From the IMG/VR virus record IMGVR_UViG_3300001598_000034, positions 1 through 64,000 of that record: DNA of 64,000 nucleotides; one strand, 5' to 3'. A model generated the notes under the pieces. The model was not told the origin of the DNA, made no database searches, and saw only the letters and a program-made list of their open reading frames with translations. A program made the position numbers and the translations under genes. This DNA comes from a virus. Taxonomy: Duplodnaviria > Caudoviricetes. Positions within the stretch are counted from its first letter, which is position 1; every line of letters begins with the position of its first letter. Positions 19,988 to 28,638 of this stretch are shown here, in pieces.

Positions 19988-22225
19988 TTATTTTCTCTCC
20001 ATATAATACAATTTTCTTAACTCTGGAACAGATATATTTTTTAACTTATCCTCATCTAATGTTTTCATAAACCCAACAACAGTAGCATCTTGAGGATAAA
20101 TATAAGAAATTGGTTTATGACTCAATACTTTAGGAATCAAGCCACGTATATATTTCCAATATAAATAAAAGTTGCCTTTAATTTTAATACGAAATTGCTT
20201 TGCATCCTCTAAAACTACACCCTCGATTTCTTTTTCCATAGATGGAAGAAAGTTCTGTGTTAAGTTATTAAAGTCAAAATCATTATTAATAGTGCATAGC
20301 TGCTCTTTTACTTTAAAACCAAAACTATTAGCAACATTAACTAAATCAGTATATGGTATGGTTTCACCATTAACGTCATTATGAACTATATCTAACAATA
20401 TAATAGTATTTTCCTCAATATCCATAATGTGTGGATCACGTTCGTCTATTACTTCGAATAATAAAGTAACATTATTATCCTTAATAAATTCACGCAAACG
20501 TCCTTGAGTTTCAATATTAGGAATTATACTCTCAAAGTTTTCTTTAAAGATCTTTGCGTGATCGCTACTAGTGCTAGACTTAGTTGAGAAGAATAAGGAG
20601 TTATATACCGAGTCATAAGACAACAACCCCAAGAAACCATTGTATTTTTTGTATACATTAACAGGATATGTGAACTTAAGTTTATCAATAGATGAGTCTT
20701 TGTTCTCACCTAGATTAAAGAACTTATTATAACCTCTAGCTATAATTTTATTATCTCTAACGAATAAACCTCGAGCAAGACATGTTTGCATATCCCATTT
20801 AGCCTTATAGAATGCATCACGGGTAAAGTTAAATGATTCTATATTATCAGGCAACGTCTTAACAGAGATATATCTATGTTGGCGCATTGCATCAAATAAG
20901 GATTCATTAGACATTGAGTTTATTGACTCTTTATTAATAACATGGTCAATGTGTAATAACTCAGCTTTATTTTCTGCATTGAGAATCTCAATAACATTAA
21001 TATCTTTTGACACTACATCAATAACTCCTATACGCATATTAGATCCGTATTCAACATGCGTACATAAATTAAAGACATGATTATCGCAAAATGCAGGACC
21101 AGCTTCGTCATTATTACGATGACCATGAAACTGGAAATAGTCACACATTGGAGCTTTAGCAGAACTGCTATAAGCTTTTTTCCAGCCCTCATACGTCTGC
21201 TCAATATCAGAATATCCACCAGTACCTTTAATAAGCTGACGTGTATGAACCTTTAAATCTGGAGTAAGCAATGGTACACCGCCATGTGTAAACAAATAGA
21301 TATTATGGTCTATCTTTAAATATCCACATTGAACAAACTTTTGCATAAAAGGTTTAAGATATTTTTTGGTTAACTTATTATCTTCCAAAAATTTATCAAA
21401 CTGTTTCATAGTTTGGTTCTTAAAGCTGTTACTTTTTATTTGATCAATATCGTTATTCACATAATGCCTAAACCATTCCTCATGATTTCCCTCTATAAGC
21501 ATAACATTAGGCTTATCCTTAATCTCGTTTAACTTCTTAAATACGTCAACAGAATCAGGACCACGATCAAAATAGTCACCTAAGAATACATAGAAGAAGT
21601 CATCTCTAATACCACCAGAAGAATCAAACACTTTTAATAGTGTATTATAACAACCATGAATATCAGGTATAACAATTACTTTCTTATACTTATCAGATGC
21701 AATATTAATTGGGTTATAGCCATAGTTTATTAAATGATAAGCATTATTCGGTAACATAACTTCGAATGAGCTATTGATTTCCTTCAAATCATTCTCATTT
21801 CTAAATACGCTATACATCTTGTGTATAACTTCTTCAGGTACAACTTTAAACTCAGGACGCTGCTTATTTCTTTCTATGCATTCTTCCTCAGTAACGCGTG
21901 TAAAGTCTACTACTATTTGACGGTAACGGTATTTCTTTGTAAGTCCCTTATAATTATTAAGTAATGCTTTACGGTAATGCGTTGCATCAATAATTACCAT
22001 TTCCCCATTCTTCATGCGCTCTTCTAAGAACTTCAATACTAAATCCCATACAATACCATCTTTACGTTGTGATATACTAAATTTACCAGAACAATCAATC
22101 TCTGGGCCAGTTACCAACGTCCGTACTACATCCGAAGATATAGTGTATGGTTCAAAACCATTCTTAGCAATCCATGTAGATTTACCACTACCAGGAGCAC
22201 CTCTAAGAAGAAACAATGTTCTCAT
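19988..22225 (-). CDS. Polynucleotide kinase-phosphatase-RNA ligase fusion (Pnkp-like RNA repair enzyme)
   Basis: P-loop GAPGSGKS and DAT; metallophosphoesterase DIHG / GDYFDRG / GNHE / HG / HGH; ligase motifs KYNG, EGVV, RIKIK. Confidence 0.9.
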   Translation of the reverse strand: MRTLFLLRGAPGSGKSTWIAKNGFEPYTISSDVVRTLVTGPEIDCSGKFSISQRKDGIVWDLVLKFLEERMKNGEMVIIDATHYRKALLNNYKGLTKKYRYRQIVVDFTRVTEEECIERNKQRPEFKVVPEEVIHKMYSVFRNENDLKEINSSFEVMLPNNAYHLINYGYNPINIASDKYKKVIVIPDIHGCYNTLLKVFDSSGGIRDDFFYVFLGDYFDRGPDSVDVFKKLNEIKDKPNVMLIEGNHEEWFRHYVNNDIDQIKSNSFKNQTMKQFDKFLEDNKLTKKYLKPFMQKFVQCGYLKIDHNIYLFTHGGVPLLTPDLKVHTRQLIKGTGGYSDIEQTYEGWKKAYSSSAKAPMCDYFQFHGHRNNDEAGPAFCDNHVFNLCTHVEYGSNMRIGVIDVVSKDINVIEILNAENKAELLHIDHVINKESINSMSNESLFDAMRQHRYISVKTLPDNIESFNFTRDAFYKAKWDMQTCLARGLFVRDNKIIARGYNKFFNLGENKDSSIDKLKFTYPVNVYKKYNGFLGLLSYDSVYNSLFFSTKSSTSSDHAKIFKENFESIIPNIETQGRLREFIKDNNVTLLFEVIDERDPHIMDIEENTIILLDIVHNDVNGETIPYTDLVNVANSFGFKVKEQLCTINNDFDFNNLTQNFLPSMEKEIEGVVLEDAKQFRIKIKGNFYLYWKYIRGLIPKVLSHKPISYIYPQDATVVGFMKTLDEDKLKNISVPELRKLYYMERK

Positions 22226-22227
22226 TA

Positions 22228-22614
22228 TTATTCCTCATTTTCTTTATTACAAGCAGACAATAATTTCTCAACTTTATTTTGTGTTCTAAGTAACCAATCT
22301 TTATATGTATGTAAATCTTCATTTAAAAATTTAATATCTATACCAATAGGGTTATCATGATCATCCGTATATACAGCCTCCCAAAGATTATCCACTTGAA
22401 TTGGAGGAGCAAAATCATCATCACTCCAATCTTTCTCTAATATTGTAATAATATCATTATCAAGAAAAGTGTGCCGCTTAATACAATTTTCAATAGTTGC
22501 TTTGGATGAACTACCATGTCCACATACAGGGCACTCGTAATAAATTTCTGTCTTTTCAATAGGTACTAAGGGACTCGCATACTGCTCGTCAGTGTGCCAC
22601 TTATCATTTTTCAT
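22228..22614 (-). CDS. Zinc-finger-containing hypothetical protein
   Basis: YECPVCG...C..RH. Confidence 0.55.
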   Translation of the reverse strand: MKNDKWHTDEQYASPLVPIEKTEIYYECPVCGHGSSSKATIENCIKRHTFLDNDIITILEKDWSDDDFAPPIQVDNLWEAVYTDDHDNPIGIDIKFLNEDLHTYKDWLLRTQNKVEKLLSACNKENEE

Positions 22615-23230
22615 CAGTTATTCCTCCTCGCTCATCTTCACCATATACATCAATAGAGATATTAATATCTCCATCTGCGTTGCCACGGAACTTGTATTGA
22701 TAGTTCTCGTGATAAACTATTGGCTCACTATTTCGCAATTCTTCGTTTCTCAATTCTTCAATGTACTGATTTTCACGGAATTTATTTCCGAGCTCTCCAA
22801 AATAATTTATGAAGTTATCAATACAATAAAATCGTCCGTCAATGCACTTAATAAGATTCCAGCAAATGAATGCTGCAAACTCATGTATTACTGCTAATGC
22901 GTCGCTATCATCACTAAAGTATTCCATTGGAATTTCTACACGATACTCAGGCAACTCATAGTAACCATTGCCACCAGTAGGGTTTTCTTCTTCATCATAT
23001 GGATCTAAGTCAACAAATCCATGAAATGGTGGAATAGGATCCAACAACGGAATAAGTGGTGCCTTTTTATTATCTGAATATTTATCTCTACGGTATCCTT
23101 CAATTTTAAGATGGTGGTAGTGAAAATCATGGTCGAAAATCACAGGCATTGACTTAAAGATAAAATCATTATCAGTTCTGATAACATCGGACCAAATTTT
23201 AAAAACTATTTTCTTTTTAGTATTTTCCAT
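22604..23230 (-). CDS. Hypothetical protein
   Basis: 208-aa ORF with strong GGAGG RBS. Confidence 0.6.
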   Translation of the reverse strand: MENTKKKIVFKIWSDVIRTDNDFIFKSMPVIFDHDFHYHHLKIEGYRRDKYSDNKKAPLIPLLDPIPPFHGFVDLDPYDEEENPTGGNGYYELPEYRVEIPMEYFSDDSDALAVIHEFAAFICWNLIKCIDGRFYCIDNFINYFGELGNKFRENQYIEELRNEELRNSEPIVYHENYQYKFRGNADGDINISIDVYGEDERGGITDEK

Positions 23231-23266
23231 GTTTTAACCTCCAGTTAAAAATATCTTTCATGTTAT

Positions 23267-23533
23267 TTATCCTCCTAATATTTCCTTTTCTTCAAACAAA
23301 TCACAGGTTGTAAACATATGTATCTTATACCCAAACGAACTTACTTTCTTACATCTGGAAACTGCTGATGCATGCTTACAATACATACATGTGTTTACTC
23401 TTTTAAAATGGAACTCTTTTTTCTGTTCTTCGAATCTCTTCTCAGGACATTTACGCTCATGGGCTGTCGCCTCTTCTTCAGTCTTAAATATCTCTGTGCA
23501 GTATTCGCAGCGATAAATAGTTTCTTCTTTCAT
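23267..23533 (-). CDS. Small zinc-finger protein
   Basis: YRCEYC...F...A..HE..C plus a second CxxC; N-terminus paralogous to 19666-19908. Confidence 0.6.
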   Translation of the reverse strand: MKEETIYRCEYCTEIFKTEEEATAHERKCPEKRFEEQKKEFHFKRVNTCMYCKHASAVSRCKKVSSFGYKIHMFTTCDLFEEKEILGG

Positions 23534-23577
23534 GTTTTACCTCCTAAATATTTTAAGCAGAATATAATTTTCTTCAA

Positions 23578-23805
23578 TCACTCTTTTACCATCACTCTAT
23601 TTCTACTAAACAATACCTTCTGTACATTAAGTTTAACATTGTAACCTTCATGTGCACGTACCAAATCGAGAGCATCTTCTGCACAGCTATCCTCCCATAA
23701 CGATGCGTCTTTTGAAGATACAGTCCACTTGTACTTATGTGGTACATTAAGATCGCTTTTCATGAACATCCCATTATCCATGTTCTGGATTTTATACATC
23801 GACAT
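23578..23805 (-). CDS. Hypothetical protein
   Basis: ORF with GGAGGTG RBS. Confidence 0.55.
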   Translation of the reverse strand: MSMYKIQNMDNGMFMKSDLNVPHKYKWTVSSKDASLWEDSCAEDALDLVRAHEGYNVKLNVQKVLFSRNRVMVKE

Positions 23806-24062
23806 TTAAATATCACCTCCTATGAATTAACGTCGATTAAACGATGCCGATTTATACTAATTCATATAGTATTAGGCAAAAATAAAAGACGTGCTTTATA
23901 TTTTACATCCGAAGCACGGCTAAGAAAGGATGTTGTAATTCGTACTGTTTGCGGAAAGCTGTCCACATTAACAATAACTTTTACATAAGGAAATTGGGAC
24001 AGCTACTTATTACACGCCGCTGTCGGGGCGAGTTTTGAATCAGATAAACATTATCAATGTTA

Positions 24063-25343
24063 TTAGAAGCTAAATGTTACGTCAGTCCAATAGGTACGAA
24101 CTCTGGTTTGATCACCAGAACGACCTTTAAGATCAAAGTAACGAGCAGTAGCAACTACATTCTTAGCTACAGCCCAGTTTGCTCCGAGTTCCCAGCCACG
24201 ATAACCGTCTTGCATCCACCATGCTTTAGTAGACTTATAGGTGTCTTTACCAAGATTGTTATAAGCGTATGTACCCAAAGCAGTTGGTTTAATAAATGTA
24301 GAACCAGGACGGTCCATGTAATTTACCCAGAAACCACATGTGCCAGGGTTGTTAGCTTTAGCACCATATGCTTTGGCTCCCAATTCCCAACCGTTACGTC
24401 CGTAGCTTTCTGCGTCTTTAGTTGTACCACGATAGTAATTACCAGTAAGAGTCAATCCTTTATCTAACTCTACAGAAGTACCTACTTGCCAAATATTGGT
24501 ATGTACTGCATCATTGCCAGCAGTTGCGTCTACTACCCAGTATTGTACTGCAGGAGTCCATACGCCAACTTTGGTATCAACTTTAGCCATGTAAATACGA
24601 TCGCGATCCAACATAGCTTTGCTTCCTGTTACATATGGTGCATTTACGTTACGCATAGCCCAACCAGTAGCATTGATTACACCGAACTTGTATTTAGCTT
24701 CAACACCATCAGCTTCTGCGTCAATCATATCAGGTTGTGCAAAGTATTTGCGACCAGCACTCAAGCGTACACCACCAACACGTCCATCCAAGTATGCACG
24801 TTTAAATGTTACTTTGTCGTTATCAATTGTAGCGTTGTTTGCGTCACGGTTTGCCAATTGACGATCGTTTTCCAGCATACCAGTATATGCCCACTCGTCA
24901 TTGATGTGTCCGTTTACAAACAAACGAGTACGGAGACGACCATATCCATTGCCTACACCAGACCCTTGATAATCACCAGAAAATCCACGATAGCTGTAAC
25001 GTACTTGACCTGTAATCTTTACGTTATCTACTTTCTTTTCTACAGCTGCTACACGAACTCCGAGAGAGTCCAACTCATCTGCAAACTCTGCTGCCAACTT
25101 CTCTACATTTGCTCCTTTAGCCATTGCCTTAGCTACGATCTGTGCCATCTCATAACGAGTAGCGAGCTTATCGCCGCCGAAGGTGGCTCCATAACCTTCA
25201 ACTACACCTGCTGCTTGCAACTGAGCTACTGCATCGTAAGCCCAATGTCCTGCAGGAACGTCACTGAAGGGATTAGCATTTGCGAATGCTGTAGCAGTAA
25301 CGCCAAGAGACATTGCAATACCGAGAATTAAATTTTTCTTCAT
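24063..25343 (-). CDS. OmpM-like major outer-membrane protein (SLH domain plus porin beta-barrel)
   Basis: Signal peptide; NPFSDVPAGHWAYDAV..L...G.V.GY...F.GDK..TRYEMAQIVAKA SLH domain; KLAAEFADEL..LGVRV stalk; beta-strand body; C-terminal Phe. Confidence 0.9.
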   Translation of the reverse strand: MKKNLILGIAMSLGVTATAFANANPFSDVPAGHWAYDAVAQLQAAGVVEGYGATFGGDKLATRYEMAQIVAKAMAKGANVEKLAAEFADELDSLGVRVAAVEKKVDNVKITGQVRYSYRGFSGDYQGSGVGNGYGRLRTRLFVNGHINDEWAYTGMLENDRQLANRDANNATIDNDKVTFKRAYLDGRVGGVRLSAGRKYFAQPDMIDAEADGVEAKYKFGVINATGWAMRNVNAPYVTGSKAMLDRDRIYMAKVDTKVGVWTPAVQYWVVDATAGNDAVHTNIWQVGTSVELDKGLTLTGNYYRGTTKDAESYGRNGWELGAKAYGAKANNPGTCGFWVNYMDRPGSTFIKPTALGTYAYNNLGKDTYKSTKAWWMQDGYRGWELGANWAVAKNVVATARYFDLKGRSGDQTRVRTYWTDVTFSF

Positions 25344-25638
25344 AAATTTTTTATTACCTTTCTTTTAATATATATTAACTATACTAAAGGTATAAATTGT
25401 TACCGAGTTGCCAACTTATTTTTAGTATAGAACATATCACATGACGCGGATTAGTGGAAAGCCTTTTGTTCAACGTGCTCAGGTTGTAACACTGGTACTC
25501 TATATGTATACTTATAGAGTATTCATGTCCGCTGTGCCCAGCGCTAATGTCCTGTTATAGAGTATCATCCGCGTAGAAATACTCACAGGGGAAGATTACG
25601 TCTTCCGATACAGTTTAATGTCGTGTCCAGGACAGATA

Positions 25639-26850
25639 TTATTTTTTAAATTTACTTACATATTCTGGATGTAGTTTTTGATAATCTTCGAGGTACATCC
25701 ATTTAAATTTATGTAGTGTTTTGCTATGGGGTCTATTGGGGTTAACCACATCAGAAATACATTTTCCACTTATGTTATTAGCTTTACCGGCTTCAGATAT
25801 AGACACATACTCATCTATAAAAGTGTTATCTAAATTTAGTTTTACAACGGATTTCTTTTTTCCACCTGATCCAATAGAGTTTATAGAAACATCTATTTTA
25901 TTATAATTTTTCCCTACTTCATCTTCTGGTCTATAAATATATCCTTTTATTTGATTTCTTCTATTTTTATTTTTAGAATATGTTCTCGCTATATAACCAG
26001 TAGCTATTCTATGATCAACATTATATTTTAATGCAAATTCATTAGCGGCATCTGTTAACGATTCAAATCTTTTTATAAAATTTCCATTTAAATCGAATTG
26101 CAATATTGGACGTTTATACTTAGATAAATCAGAAGAATTTTTGTAAGTATATAAATAGGGTGATTCTATATACAAGGAGTCATCACACAACTCTATAGAT
26201 TTCCATTTGTGCCCGTATATAACTCTATTATAGTTTTTTATTACATAACAAATATTTCCCCTAATAGTATGAAGTTTAGTATTAGTTTTAACTATTGTAG
26301 ATATATATGTAGCAGCAGCACCACTTGAATTAAAAACTCTTAACAGTATATCGTCATAAGAAAACATTCCAATTAGAGATAATTTTGGTATATTTTCTAC
26401 TGTATTTTTATATAAATGGAAGGCATCTCTTTTAAAATCTAAAATATTGAAAAGAATATTAGATATACATGCATTAGAAACGTTCATAGAGCTAGCTATC
26501 TTAGATATACTTAAACCACTATCAGCAAGAGAATATATTTTTTGTAGTTCGTCTTTAGACCTTAATATAGATCCATCTCCACCCGGTGTTAAATTATAAC
26601 CATTATTATATGAATCAAATTTAGAAATGTAATACACTTCTCTCTCATTTAGTTTATCGTTTGCACACTTTTCTATTTCCTCTATTTTAAAATGCTCAAC
26701 TCCATGTTTTCGTATTGATTTGTATAAATATCTATCACTATTTATTGCAGAATATAAATGATCTTGCCATCTTTTTTCTACGGTTTGTATTGTTTGTCCT
26801 ATATATACCTTATCATTAAAATCATTACTTATTTTATAAATGTACCCCAT
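25639..26850 (-). CDS. GIY-YIG homing endonuclease with NUMOD1-like DNA-binding repeats
   Basis: GYIYKI.N...YIGQT, R...H, E.YYI....S...GYN...GG; repeated F.S...AA....I..........W modules. Confidence 0.9.
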   Translation of the reverse strand: MGYIYKISNDFNDKVYIGQTIQTVEKRWQDHLYSAINSDRYLYKSIRKHGVEHFKIEEIEKCANDKLNEREVYYISKFDSYNNGYNLTPGGDGSILRSKDELQKIYSLADSGLSISKIASSMNVSNACISNILFNILDFKRDAFHLYKNTVENIPKLSLIGMFSYDDILLRVFNSSGAAATYISTIVKTNTKLHTIRGNICYVIKNYNRVIYGHKWKSIELCDDSLYIESPYLYTYKNSSDLSKYKRPILQFDLNGNFIKRFESLTDAANEFALKYNVDHRIATGYIARTYSKNKNRRNQIKGYIYRPEDEVGKNYNKIDVSINSIGSGGKKKSVVKLNLDNTFIDEYVSISEAGKANNISGKCISDVVNPNRPHSKTLHKFKWMYLEDYQKLHPEYVSKFKK

Positions 26851-27046
26851 TGTTTGTGCGTTAGTTACTCCTTATAATATTTAATTAAAAAACCGTGAAC
26901 ACAGCTAGCGCTCTGTATCCACGGTTTGATTATATAAACAGATAGTAATAATACTATCCATATATATCATATTAAACAAGCGCTAGCTTTTAGTATATAT
27001 TATACCTAAAACTAGCAAATATGTTTAACAAATAATTTTTTAAAGT

Positions 27047-27125
27047 TGGTACACGGATTCGGACTCGAACCGAAAACACCCGCGTTCTAAGCGCGGTACC
27101 TAACTGCCAATTGGGTTATCCGTGC
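27047..27125 (-). tRNA. tRNA-Leu(UAG), short variable loop
   Basis: Cloverleaf; CCGCG-CTTAGAA-CGCGG anticodon arm; GTTCGAG T-loop; encoded CCA. Confidence 0.85.
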
Positions 27126-27128
27126 ACA

Positions 27129-27401
27129 TGGTAGGCCGCGAGGAATTCGAATCCTCACTGGAAGGTTTTTCTTGCCACTATAGTTTTCACTACCTACAAA
27201 ATAGTTTGTGGTCTGGACTATGTCTTCTTCTCAAAGAGAAGGCTGGTGTATAGTCTCTACGCATTTACGAATAACTATATTCGATTTAGTACGGCGTTGT
27301 CATTTTAAAGAGTTCGCCGTTTAGCCAACATTCTAATATACATCACTGCATAATAGCTCAAAAAATAAGACCTTTGTCTCTACCTATTGGACTAGCGGCC
27401 C
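27129..27401 (-). tRNA. tRNA-Leu(UAA) interrupted by a group I intron
   Basis: Exons 27401-27367 and 27170-27129 join to AAGGT-CTTAAAA-ACCTT; T-arm and CCA present. Confidence 0.85.
27171..27366 (-). ncRNA. Group I self-splicing intron (196 nt, no ORF)
   Basis: 5' exon ends in U and the intron ends in G; IGS UUUUUUGAG; core R/S elements GTAGAGACTA and AAGACATAGTCC. Confidence 0.88.
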
Positions 27402-27423
27402 ATTATTTAATTTCTCTACTAAG

Positions 27424-27495
27424 TCCTCTGGGGAATATTCGAAATTCCGTGTCACAATTATAAGTTGTGCATCCTAACCGCTGGATGACCAGAGG
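27424..27495 (-). tRNA. tRNA-Ile(UAU)-like, embedded in an extended hairpin, no encoded CCA
   Basis: CACAA-CTTATAA-TTGTG anticodon arm, D and T arms present; acceptor stem continues as a perfect duplex spanning 27410-27510. Confidence 0.7.
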
Positions 27496-27519
27496 ACTTA
27501 GTAGAGAAATATTTTCAAT

Positions 27520-27595
27520 TGGAGCGGGATACGAGAAGTTGCACTCGTTACTACAGCTTGGAAGGCTGTTATTTTTCTACTTAAACTAATCCCGC
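27520..27595 (-). tRNA. tRNA-Gly(UCC)
   Basis: ACAGC-CTTCCAA-GCTGT; CCA; atypical T-loop. Confidence 0.85.
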
Positions 27596-27598
27596 AGT

Positions 27599-27672
27599 TG
27601 GAGCTCCCAGGTCGTTACGATCGGCCGTCTAAAGTTTACAAAACTCTTGTAATACCATTATACTATGGGAGC
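27599..27672 (-). tRNA. tRNA-Thr(UGU)
   Basis: AGAGT-TTTGTAA-ACTTT; CCA. Confidence 0.85.
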
Positions 27673-27674
27673 AT

Positions 27675-27764
27675 CGGATATCCGAGGACTTGCACCCCGA
27701 CACGGCTGTTAACCGCTACTGGTAGTTTTCAAGACTACTCCCTTGCTATTAGGGTTAGATATCC
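27675..27764 (-). tRNA. tRNA-Ser(UGA)
   Basis: GTAGT-CTTGAAA-ACTAC; long variable arm; G discriminator; no encoded CCA. Confidence 0.85.
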
Positions 27765-27767
27765 ATA

Positions 27768-27841
27768 TGGTCCGAGCAGCATTAATCGAAAATGCGATCC
27801 GTGATCCCAAATCACGAGTTATACCACTTAACTATGCCCGG
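27768..27841 (-). tRNA. tRNA-Pro(UGG)
   Basis: CGTGA-TTTGGGA-TCACG; CCA. Confidence 0.85.
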
Positions 27842-27847
27842 ATAAAT

Positions 27848-27924
27848 TGGTGCAGCGCCGAAGATTTAAACTTCGATAATCTCGATTAAAAGTCGAGTGC
27901 ACTAATCAGTTATGCTAGCGCTGC
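27848..27924 (-). tRNA. tRNA-Lys(UUU)
   Basis: CTCGA-CTTTTAA-TCGAG; CCA. Confidence 0.88.
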
Positions 27925-27925
27925 G

Positions 27926-27997
27926 TTTCTGGGGCTGGATTCGGACCAGCGCATCGTGGAGTCAAAGTCCACTGTCTTACCGCTTGACTACCCAGAA
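27926..27997 (-). tRNA. tRNA-Gln(UUG)
   Basis: GTGGA-CTTTGAC-TCCAC; no encoded CCA. Confidence 0.85.
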
Positions 27998-28002
27998 ATA
28001 AA

Positions 28003-28078
28003 TGGCGGCGACGACTTGGATTCGAACCAAGAAAAGCGGTTTTGGAGACCGCCGGTTTACCATTAAGCCTATCGTCCC
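28003..28078 (-). tRNA. tRNA-Trp(CCA)
   Basis: GCGGT-CTCCAAA-ACCGC; GTTCGAATC; CCA; irregular acceptor stem. Confidence 0.8.
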
Positions 28079-28081
28079 ATA

Positions 28082-28159
28082 TGGTTGCGGGTTCAGGTAC
28101 TGCCCCTGACTTTCACTTTGGTTATGAGCCAAAGAAGAACACTATGCCTCCCACCCGCG
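28082..28159 (-). tRNA. tRNA-Met(CAU) with an initiator-like acceptor stem
   Basis: TTTGG-CTCATAA-CCAAA; C1:A72 mismatch, CGCGGG...CCCGCAACCA. Confidence 0.75.
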
Positions 28160-28160
28160 A

Positions 28161-28634
28161 TGTTGCCTGTTAATTTATATTCCGCGTTTACAGGCAAGCG
28201 GCCGAAACGTCTTACATGTGTTTTTCCTGGTTAGCTACTCCAGCACAATGCATTCGGGATGTAAGGTGCGACCACGTGCCACACCAGTCACATGAATGCC
28301 GGGGCACCAAACCGGCGAGTCATCGTTTTTAGGGTTGCCTAAACTAATTCAGCGGTGACACATTGAAGAAATCGCGGTACTATTTCTAATACCCCTTACA
28401 AGAAGTCGAGATTTTGACTTACTTAATGCATGGGATACTATTTCTAATATCCCCTATAATAATGTACATTGAACAAATATAGCCCAACTTTGAACACTGC
28501 TATGTTTTTGATTCTTTACGAATTCCAACATAGTCCTATCAATGTACGTGTAGAGTGCAGAATGTGTAACCATTCCACCCTACGTGTTCATGAAGTCTTT
28601 ACGTATGATATAGTTACTTCACATACGAAGGAAT
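28161..28634 (-). ncRNA. Large structured ncRNA, copy 1 (ROOL/GOLLD-class candidate)
   Basis: Non-coding, many helices and GAAA-capped hairpins, next to tRNAs; long blocks identical to copy 2. Confidence 0.65.
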
Positions 28635-28638
28635 ATAA

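Larger units (their letters stand above)
19906..23258. repeat. 31-bp direct repeat (19906-19936 and 23228-23258) containing an RBS and start codon
   Basis: CATGTTTTAACCTCCAGTTAAAAATATCTTT is identical at both sites. Confidence 0.85.
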
